This document shows positions 50,075 to 60,600 of a DNA stretch of 64,000 nucleotides, piece by piece. The stretch is taken from NCBI GenBank assembly GCA_030704615.1, contig CM060733.1, positions 6,200,001-6,264,000 of the forward strand, in the 5' to 3' direction. This DNA is from Takakia lepidozioides. Lineage: Eukaryota > Plantae > Bryophyta. The notes under the pieces were generated by a model. The model did no database searches and had not been told where the DNA came from. It worked only from the letters and a program-made list of their open reading frames with translations. The position numbers and the translations under genes were made by a program. Within the stretch, counting starts at the first letter, position 1. Every line of letters begins with the position of its first letter.

Positions 50075-53000
50075 ATGAATGCAGAAAAAAAAATGAAGAA
50101 GGCGGGGGAAAGCCAGCCTGCACAAGAGACATCTGTTCCTGAAACTCAAGAGAAAGAACCATTTGACAATTATGAAGATAAAGTGCATTCACTGATGTAC
50201 ACCTCCAAGGTAAACTCCAGGAAGGTCATAAATTCCATGGAAGTTTGGGACGGCACCCTTATGATTCCCCTATGCAGGATGATTTCCATGCCTGCCGTTC
50301 GTCCAGCCCTGCATCATGATATCAAGAAGCTACAGGGTGATTCTATCCACGGGTACTTGAAGGGCTCCGCAAGGTTTTTACGTTTCTGACAGACATCCAG
50401 GGATCAGAGAAAATGGTTGACGAAGAGATTATGGCCGGTTGGGACCCGCTTTGGAATGAGGTGAATACGGAGTTTGAGGCAGAGCTTTCCCAAACCCATC
50501 TCACAGGCAGTACATGGGGAAGATGTTCTTCGTATGGGATGGTAATCACAATTTGGTTGCCCGGATGGAATATATCACGAGAATGTATGCCGACAACAAA
50601 GACTGGCACCACCGAGTTGTGTCAATGGTTTTGGATCCACAAGGCAAAATAACACAACTTCTGACTGCAATGCACGATGTCAACAAGTAAGTCTTGTTTG
50701 CTTTCCTTTCTCTGAATTACATATATGTCCCAAGTTGAAGAGTTTTGTACTCATATGCTTTGAATGCAGGGGCACGGAGACATCACATGTCACTATGAAC
50801 ATAGTGCACGCATACACTATTTCGGATGCAAAGTATAGGAGTCATGCGTTGGAAACATTCTTCAGCGTCTTGTCTGCGGAGACACTGAAAAAATGCCAAA
50901 CAATCAAGAAGTCTGAAACTTGGTACAATCTGACGAGGGAAGCTTTCCTCGAGTACTTGTATGCGGTAAGACTAGTTCCTTGTCAGACTTGTGTTTTCTT
51001 TCATTTTTGGATTGAAGTAGTCCTTACATTGCCTGAGATGTAATAAGAGGCCACCGTTCTTGTGTCACAACAAGAATTGTAGATGCTGGAGAGCGAGCCA
51101 AGCTAGAATATTATGCCACTACTCCGGAGGATGAGAGAACAGTAAACGGGGTAGAGAGCAAAATGAAGGAGGAGGTGGATACGGTGAGGAAGAACCTCAA
51201 GAGTACGTTTGACAAGCACATACAAATTGCTGACCCTGGACTGGGAAAGGGGTTTCTGGAGCAGATTCGGATCCACTGGAACAAGCCCACCAAGCCTGAG
51301 ATGACACACGAAATGATCCACCGTCTGTCAATTTCCATGGTTGAGCCTGCTCAAAAAGTGAGGTGGCTCGAAATCAGGAACTCGAATCCAATCATCTGGG
51401 ACACAACCAATTTCCCAAAACCATGTAAGGACCCTGAGACTGGAGTGGTGACACCTGTGAGGGACTGTGCATTCGAGACATGGTTGCATAAAGCCACCTT
51501 CTGGAGCCAGGTAAGAATTTCCCAACGTTCCACATTGTTCGTAATGACTTCATTTTTTTTTTGGCTGAACCACTGGAAATATGGTCATTGTTTTTGCAGC
51601 TGGAGAAGCGGGCCATTGAAACATTGGAGAAGTCACTACTAGACTACAAGATCACCATGACAACTCCCATCATCAAGTTTGAGTCCTACGTTTGTAAATG
51701 GAGAAGGGAGCTCTGGAAGTATGCATTTTTCCAGGAGTTTGAGAAGGAGGGATGGATTCTCCGATCTAAAGATTTCGATCATCAGGACAACGGTGAGGAG
51801 GCAATGAAATGTCTGTTGTACAGGTGTGTGCACTGACTCAATCCGTCTTCTGTAGGGGGGAATTAAGGTGTCGTCAACGACACCTTAATTACGCATTATT
51901 GGTAGGCCCAGATCGGCCTGCTTACAGTGGACCTTATGGGACTTCCATCATGTAAGGGGGTTTGATTTAAGGTGGCCTCATTCTCTGCACCTCTGTCCCT
52001 ACTTTCAATTGCAATGCAGTCTTGTGCTGTTCTGTATTGTGCCATTCTCTTGTTTGATTGCTATTTGAGAGATGGAATTAAGGTGTCGTTGACGATACCT
52101 TAAATCCAAGCCCTCTTGGGATGAGTTTGCCATGAATGGCGATCTTACATGGTCTGATTTTTTTGAAAGTTGCCAACATCAGTTATGGAGTCTTTCCTCT
52201 TAGTACCTGGATTAAGATGTCGTTGACGACACCTCAATCCTGAGAGTGAATTGCAGCCATTTATAGTAGTTCAATGGCCATTTATGTTGAGTTCAAGGAA
52301 ATTCTCTAAGCGGGATGGTCTTCTTGTCTGCAGGTACTTGCACTTCGTTCTTATTCCAGAGAAGACACTTAGTGAGGATCCAGACTTCATTCGTGGATGG
52401 GCGAACCCAAACGATGAAACCACAATATACACTGCTGGCATTGTGAAGGACTGGGGTCGGGCACATTACCATGACTGTGGGTGGTACGTGGACTGCCCGA
52501 GAGCTTCGACTCCCTGGGAGGAGAATGTCTTGAGGAATTAGAACAAAAACGCAGATTCACTAGCCCCCCGGACAGATGAGGAGTTGCAGCAAAGAGCCTT
52601 GGCGCTACTGAATAAAAAAGAGCTTGCAAAACTGGCCACCCTTGCTGACGGCAAGAAGAAAAAGAAGGGGAAACAGACAATGGAGGCTGCTGGGGCTGTT
52701 GGGGAAGCAGTGGCAGACCCTGCTGAGACTGCTGGGCCAGCTAGGGGTTCTGTTGATTTGACTGTGCCACCTACCCAAACACAGCAGACACAGGTCACCC
52801 ACACATCCACCGCAGTAGATTAGCGCAGTACACACAGAGCAAAGAAACGACCTTACGAAGCACGGTTGTGTGTGTCCAGGGTGGTGGTCCCGCACTTCCA
52901 GCGTAAAAACGGCCAACGTGAGCTTCCTCCGTATGATGGAGTCAAGAAAGTCCACTTTCGTGGGGGTCAAGTCACCTACATGGGACCATCTATGCTCTTT

Positions 53001-54192
53001 CCTCACCCTAGTGAGCCCGCCGCATCTATCATACTCTGGTCATTTTTGTTGCATTGTTGGGGGTGCGTAGGTGGTACATTAAGGTGCAGTCAATGACATC
53101 TTAATATGGGAGGTACTACGGATCATTGGTTCGGGTGTCTCGATTGCAATTTGTCAATCTCATTCGTTTGCCTGTCCTCATTTCAGGTGACCAGGACGCC
53201 ATGCTAGGTGAACGGAGTGCAGCAACCCTACGCGACATATATTATCATCCTTGACATCCTAGATGGGCTTCCTGTGCCTGATATTATTCCCACAAATGTG
53301 ACTCCAGCCTGGAATGCTCATAATCCACTTTACTGGCAGTGGGCATTCTCTTTTAGCAACAAGTTTATGTCAGACGTGGGGTCGTTTTTTATTTTCCAGG
53401 GTGAGGACACGACATCTCGCCGGATGCTTCACAGCTACATGAAGTCCTCGGGGTTCAAAATCCGCAAAATCTGGACCTATGTCAACACCCTGCCTCTATC
53501 TAATGGAGAGTTTCCCGGGCAGAAGGTACTCGCTGGGGCTTTGTTGTGTGTTATTATTTCGTGGAATTACCCTTCACAACGTTTCTAACAACATACCCTT
53601 GGTGCTGCTGCAGACCCATGTGTTCAAGGCCATTTGTCTTGCTCGAATTCGGCCAGGCACCACTCCTGCTCATGCTGGCCATTATGACGTTTGGGAAGGG
53701 GGGCTTCACATAGACCCGGAATGCGACCCTGTGGAATCCGATGTTATCCACAACTATGTGGACTCGTTGCAGACATTGAAAAAAACTGGTGGCATTCTAT
53801 GGAGAGGTGCTCGGGAGAAGTCGTCTGCTTTCCTGCAAACTTTGATTGAGACATGCAGCCGGCATGGTGGGAAAGTGGTGGACCTGTCCATGGGTACAGG
53901 TTGGTGCCCAATCAGTTTCCATTTCTTGGGTGCACTTCTTTGCCTTCTGATTGTACTTCTGACTTTGTTTTGTGGATCTATTTGCACTGTTGCAGGGGCT
54001 TCGTTCCATGCATGCAAGTATGCAGGCAGGCATTTTTTTGGGATGGAGGGGGACGAGCAGCTCTACTCTCAAGTCATCGCACCTCTGTCTGGGGTTTCAT
54101 CGCATTCGACCCAGACTGAGAACATTGTTGTGGAGCAAGATCTGCAAGAGCCCGATGCTCTGGATGTTGATTCCGATTTCTCATGTGAGTAA
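50075..54192 (+). pseudogene. Spliced ParB/Srx-like domain + N6-adenine/N4-cytosine (beta-class-like) DNA methyltransferase fusion, disrupted
   Basis: N-terminus IPLCRMISMPAVRPAL...KMFFVWDGNHN (ParB GxHR-like motif, 50526-50552). C-terminus IILDILDG (motif IV position)...WRGAREKS...VVDLSMGTG|ASFHACKYAGRHFFGME (SAM-binding motif I after motif IV). GT-AG introns at 50687-50769, 51511-51599, 51824-51905, ~51952-52333, ~53011-53187, ~53526-53613 and 53900-53995. Frameshifts at ~50370-50500 and stops at 52539 and 52821. Confidence 0.72.
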
Positions 54193-55011
54193 GTGCTAGT
54201 TCTGTTGTGGCACTTCACTGACACGATGACGCATCCTTCTATTTCCATCTTTCCTGCACACGTTGGGCCAGCATAATGTATGTGGACTTACATTGTTCGT
54301 GTGTGTGTGCAAGGAGCCCTAGGTCGCCACGGTTCCTCCCTTTCTTTGCAAATCTGCAATTTTCCCTAAGTCCGAAAGCAGATTTAAATTGCCATGTTAT
54401 GCGGAGGCTGCAACTTCCGAATTTAGTCTCCTCTCTTCTCCCCCTGCTGTGCTTTGCGACAGAGAGGGTTTTGTGCAAAGCAGGGCTAGTATCTTCATAG
54501 ACAGTTCTGCCTTCGTTTTGGACACCAACTCCAGTAGCACAAAATATTCTTCGTCGGAATGAATCTGTTGTTTTTAAACTATTTAGTTTGAAGCACCAAA
54601 TGGCCTCTCCACCTTCTTTGCAATTGTGTGTCAGCAACTATCTCGACTTCAGATACCTGGTGAAAGGACAATCACAACCCTCAGCAGTGGGCAGAGGTTC
54701 ACTCTAGAGCTAGGGGGATTTAGCAACCACTACTAAAAAATGCATCTTAGTTTTGCATTCATCCACAAACTACAGTCATCCATGTGCCATTCGTCGAACA
54801 TACATTCATCCCCCATTCATCCATCGTTCATCCATCATTAATCCATAACGATGAATTGGTATACATGATATACTGGACACAACCCGCAGTAATAGGTCCT
54901 CTAGGCCGAATAGGTGTCCGCGGTTATAGGTGAGCACATGCAGAAGCGTGCGCAGAATTCTGCTCACGGAATTTTCTGCTCTCAGATTCTGGTCACGGTT
55001 TAGCAATCCCC

Positions 55012-57020
55012 GACATAGGAGACGCACTTTGATACATAGGCTCTTTGGAAAAAAAAATTGATTATGATAGGGGATTGCACTTGGACTTTGATGACATTGG
55101 ACACTTGGGCCTCTACATGGGAGATGCACTTGGATACATGAATAGAAGATTGCACTTGGGCTTAGATTTCAATTCTTCACACATGGGCCAACGGCATAGG
55201 CTACACTAGAGGTCGCACACTTGGGCCTCGACATAGGAGACCCACTTGGATACATAAGAAATTGCACTTAGGCTTAGATTTCAATTCTTCACACATGGGC
55301 CTTGACATAGGATATCAAGGGAAAGGTCTCCGGTTCAAATCTGGTCGTAGGCTCTGTGGAAAAAAACTTACTTAGATGACATTGGACACATGGGCCAACA
55401 GCAAAGGCTACCCTAGAGATTGCATTTGGGCCTCGACATAGGAGACGCACTTTGATACATAGGGGATTGCACTTGGACTTAGATGACACTGGACCCTTGG
55501 GCCAACGGCAGAGGCTACCCTAGAGGTCACACTTGGGCTTCGACATAGGAGATTGCACTTGGGTTTAGTGACACTTGGGCCAACGGCACAGGCTGCCCTA
55601 GTCAATATATAAAGCGAGACGTTTGTTTTGTTTGTAGCGTCGTTGAGATCTCCCAAACCGTGGAGCCCCGGCGCGGGTGCTTGGTGCCATTGGAAAGCCC
55701 TCGATGAGGAGGGGTGCACCGGCTTGGTCTCATGATTTTTGGACAAGCGGTGAGGGAGATGTGGAATTCCAAGTACTTTTGATAAATTAGGCCTTGACAT
55801 GGGAGACGTACTTGGATACATAGGAGATTGCACTTGGGCTTAAATGACACTGGACACTTGGGCCTCTACATGGGACACGCACTGGGATACATGAATAGAA
55901 GATTGCATTTGGGCTTAGATGGACCACATAGGAGACACACATGGGAGACGCCCTGGATACATAGGAGACGCACTTGGATACATAAGATATTGCACTTGGG
56001 CTTAGATGGCACTCGACAGTTGGGCCTCTACATGGGAGATGCACTTGGAACATAGAATATTGCACTTGGGCTTAGATGGGCCTCGACATAGAAGAGGCAC
56101 TGGGATACATAGGAAATTGCACTTGGTCTTAGATTTCAATTCTTCACACATGGGCCAATGGCATAGGCTACCCTAGAGGTCGCACTTGGGCCTCCACATA
56201 GGAGACGCACTAGGATACATAGGAGATGTTGCACTTGGGCTTAGATGACACTGGACACTTAGGCCAACGGCATAGCTATCCTAGTCTTGGGCCTCGACAT
56301 AGGAGACGCACTTGGATACATAGGGCATTACACTTGGACTTAGATGACACTAGAACTTGGGCCAACGGCACAAGCTACCCTAGTCAATATATGAATTAAG
56401 ACGATTTGTTTGTTTGTTTGTTTTGTCACGTTGAGATGTCATTGTGAGGCCCCAGCCCTGGTGCTTGGTACCATTGGAAAGCCCTCAACGAGGAGGGGTA
56501 CACCGGCTTGGTCATGATTTTTGGACTTGCGGTGTGGGAGATACGGAATTCCAAGTACTTTTGGTCGCTGGAAATTCACAAAAAATAGCAAAAATGGCAA
56601 AGTGGGCATTCCTAGGACAATGGTTAGAGCCTCGACGGGAGAGATATTAAGGGAAAGACCTGTCTCCGGTTCAAATCTGGTTGTAGGCTCTCTGGAAGAA
56701 AAAAAATGATTAGATATGGGATTGCACTTGGACTTAAATGACACTGGACACTTGGGCCTGCACTTGGATACATGAATAGAAGATTGCACTTGGGCTTAGA
56801 TTTTAATTCTTCACACATCGGCCATAGGCTACACTAGAGGTCGCACTTGGGCCTCGACATATGAGACCCACTTGGATACATAAGAAATTGCACTTGGGCT
56901 TAGATTTCAATTCTTCACACATGGGCCTTGACATAGGAGACGCTACTTGAATACATAGGGGATTGCACTTGGACTTAGATTTCAATTCTTAACACATGGG
57001 CCAATGGCGCAGGCTACCCT
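55012..57020 (+). mobile_element. Non-autonomous Helitron-like repeat array, right part
   Basis: Same units as 7803-10128; CTAG|TC junctions at 55601/55602 and 56383/56384. Confidence 0.65.
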
Positions 57021-57694
57021 TCATTGCACACCACCACAATATCATCCACCTTTGTCATCATATTTTATCTTGTAGGTCTATCATGTAGATTTATCATCCA
57101 TCTTTATCATCTATCTTTATAATGTAGCTCTATCATGCAGCTTTCCCATCCATCCCGAAAGTGTCTCTACTGTTTATGGATTCTTTGAGATGAACGGATG
57201 GAGGTAGACAGGTTCCCACGCAGATGCCCTGAAAACAGTGCATCTGCAGTGCACGTTTTCTCTGTAGCTGCCCATCCCACACATGCAATTTATTTATTTT
57301 GCCTGACAAGTATACCGGCTCAGAACACTCCCTCGAAGGGCAAAAAAGGACCTGCAGGTGAGGGGAGAGGCAAAGTAAAGGGAAAGGGGAAGGGGAAGGG
57401 AACCTGGACGAGTCTCTTTTCATTGTCGGTTTGTTTGAAATATTCAATATAAGTCGACATACTGTAAATGCCTATTTCCACGGTTATAGGTCCCTCGAGT
57501 AAAGACACATTTTCTTTCGCCAAATGTGTTCTGACATCTACTGACATGACGGATGCTCACGCTTACATGGCGTGAACGTACGCTCATGCCATGTCATGCA
57601 GATAGAGCCTGGGCTCACGCCACGTCAGTCACGCATGAGCTCAGCTCCCAAGCTCACGGGGCTGGGTTCACGCCATAGCTACGTTGAACAATAA

Positions 57695-58215
57695 TTGCAG
57701 ATTTGCTAGGGGCTAGACCACAACCCCTTAAGAAATTCTGAGCTCTGGAGGCCACCATATCTTGATCACACTAGGTATTAGAAAGGTGCCAAGCCATATC
57801 ACACCACATTGATTGGAGCAATTGACAAGGAGATAGGCCCATCTGAGTAGCTGAATATCTAGAAACTTGAACAACAAGTGCAGATTTGTTGGGGGCCAGA
57901 CCACAACCCCTTAGAATACTTTTATGGCTCTTGAGGCTAGCATATCTTCATCACCCTAATTGTTACAAATCCACCAAGCCATACCTCTCCCAAATTGGAG
58001 AAATTGGCATGAAAATAGGGCCATTTGAGCACAACTATGTCGTACGTGGAACTTGAACAAAAAGTGCAAATCTGTTGGGGGCTAGACCACAACCCCTTGA
58101 TAAAATTTATGGCTCTGCAGGCTAGCATATCTTCATCACCCTATTCGTTACAAATACACTAAGCCATAGCCCACCCAAATTAGAGAAATTGACATGAAGA
58201 TAGGGCTATCTGAGC
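57695..58215 (+). repeat. Tandem repeat, ~3 x 183 bp
   Basis: TGCA(G/A)AT(T/C)TG(C/T)T(A/G)GGGGC(T/C)AGACCACAACCCCTT at ~57696, ~57879 and ~58065. Confidence 0.8.
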
Positions 58216-58502
58216 ATAACATAAATGAATGCGACCTGGTTTCGCTTCACCCCCTTCTACTGTGCATTTGCTCACAGGTCTCCAAAGCCTCCATCCCACA
58301 CCCATGCTGTGCATATCCTGCAATCCATCATAACACTTCAGAACATCTCGTTTGGCCATCAAACACTTCATTTGTATCCACAATGCTCCCACATTTGGCA
58401 AACATATCAACAAGGGTATTGTTTAGAATGACATCTGGTACAATTCCAGCCTTGACGATGTCACCATGGACCTCTTTGCCCTTTACGAATGTTTCCAGGC
58501 TA
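58215..58502 (-). pseudogene. Degenerate PLS PPR fragment
   Basis: KGKEVHGDIVKAGIVPDVILNNTLVDMFAKCGSIVDTNEVFD, then a frameshifted P motif. Confidence 0.85.
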
Positions 58503-59332
58503 GAAGACAACTTATTGGCAATGATGCCCCTAAAGAACGGGCAACAGAAGACCCAGGCCCCGAGCGACATGCTGCAGCAAAGCATATTGATAAATGAAGA
58601 GGGTGGGAGCGAAATTGATGGAGAGTTGGAGAGCGGCTGGGTGTGGAGTGAAGGGTAGGGCTGGCATTGATAGACACAAAATGTCAATTTTTTTGCTTGG
58701 CCGATGTAGAGCTATTCGGGAAGCACACAATGTGAAAGAAAGATGGGGTGGAGAGGACGTTGTTGAGGGCCGTATGAAAAAGCTGGGAAGCTGTCGAGCT
58801 TCAACCCCCCTGCATCGTTTGTGCGTAGATCTCCAAAGTTGTCGAGTTTTAACCCTCTCCGCATTGCTTGCGCACAGGTTTCCAAAGCTTCGATCTCACA
58901 CCCCAGCTACGCACCTGCAAATCATCTTACGACACAATAAAGAAAAACAACCAAGTCCAAGACTCATCACTGAGCACAACGCCGCAACCCTAAATCCATT
59001 TTGAATTATTTTGAATTTTTGAACATTTTGAACTTCTAGTTGGACAGTATACTTGGGTATTACTCCAGTGGTTTGGGGCTCAAATCCTGCTACGTCCTTT
59101 TCATATGTGGTACGGTATGATCCCACCCCTGAAAAGAGGCAACACTTGCAAAGAGAAAATGCTCTTATTTACGCTAGCTCCGGCTAGTGTTATATATATA
59201 TAAGACTCCGGCCAAAGCCGGCGTAACTAAGAGTCACTTCGCCTCACGGCTACTGCCCCTTTTGGGGGGTGGGCCCTATTATATATATATATATATATAT
59301 GGGATGGTACGTGAATTTCACTTTATTGTAAT

Positions 59333-60530
59333 TGTCACGGACATAGCCCAGAGAAATTTATTAGGAGTAAAAACCAGAAGTTACCAAGTTAACAAGTTTT
59401 CAAAAGTTACCATCATTTATCATGATCTACCTTGATTTACCATAAGTTACCATTAACTACCAAGTTATCGAGAGTTTAAAAATTACCGAGAATAATTTGA
59501 GAAACTGCTCAGAAAGCTTCCTTTGGAGGAAACTTCTCCATCAAGATACCTCTTTTGTTTAAGGAAACTTCTCCATCAAAGGAACCTCCATTGGGGAAGC
59601 TTCTTAGGGAACTTCCTAGTAGCCAGTATATATAGGAGGCGAGACTGGACACTCTTTAGTCTCGCCAACACCAGTTCAAGCTACTCGTGTTTCCAGTCCT
59701 AGTACCCAGTTCAGCTTCCAGTACTCTAGCCCAGTTTCCAGTATCTGGCACTCTAGTCCAGTTTCCAGCATTCCAGTATTCAAGTCGTGTTCCAGTATCT
59801 TGTACTCTTGTCCATTGCTATAAAGATCATTTTGATTCCTGTTTATCCATCATGCATTCGGCCACGCCGACCTTGACTTCTTGTCTAGTCCAATATCTCT
59901 AGTCTGATATCTTGTTTGTGTTCAGTCACGTTTTCGTCCTTGACAGTTTGGCGAGACTCAAGTTTGTTCCTTAGTTAGTTAAGATAGAAGACACATTTGC
60001 GGAAATGGTCGCCACATTGCAAAGTCTTCAGCTCCAGATGCAAGAACTTCGTACCTCTACCGCTCAATTACAAGCTGATCAGTCTCAAGATCTTGGCAAC
60101 GCTCTCCACAATTTGCAACAACAAATTTCAGAGTTAAAGGAGTCGAACAATGAATCTTCAACCATACGAGTCTGATAGGACGAGATCAAGATTTCGCGGT
60201 TTTGTTCAACAAATACGACTGTTCCTACGACTACATCCACAACGCTACCCCGATGAAAATATTCAAGTGGGATTCGTGGCACCTATCTATGAGGCACTGC
60301 CCTATCTTGGTTTGCACCGCTACTAGAAAAATTCGCATTTATTGTACAATTTTAAAGTATTCATGTCCGAGTTCACTGCAACGTTTTGAGAGAATGATAG
60401 AGAGAGAATTGCAGAGACAAAGATGCAGAATCTTTGACAAGGAGCACGTCCTGCTTCCGTTTATGTTGCCGAATTTCGACAACTTGCGTGCGACCTCGAC
60501 TGGAATGAGAAGAGCCTCATCAATCAAATC
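59333..60530 (+). mobile_element. Truncated Ty3/gypsy (chromovirus, Tcn1/Tf1-like) element: 5' LTR 59333-59945 plus decayed gag
   Basis: LTR ends TGTCACGGAC...GTCCTTGACA (9/10 inverted match); TATA at 59627. gag remnant SRFRGFVQQIRLFLRLHPQRYP...GTALSWFAPLLEK...FRQLACDLDWNE. Confidence 0.85.
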
Positions 60531-60600
60531 CTACTTCTTTACTTACACCAAACAAAATTGGACAAATAATTGAACACACAATTCATTTTTATGAAATTAC

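Larger units (their letters stand above)
10129..55011. mobile_element. Giant Mutator-like element (MULE) with nested insertions
   Basis: 9-bp direct repeat GACATAGGA at 10120-10128 and 55012-55020. The ends align ungapped as imperfect TIRs (25/37 identities). The Helitron-array consensus resumes exactly after the right copy. A MULE transposase lies inside. Confidence 0.8.

Noticed and set aside
7803-57020. One giant Helitron spanning both arrays
   Set aside because: There is no RepHel coding sequence, and the junctions are better explained by a MULE insertion with a 9-bp TSD into a single array.
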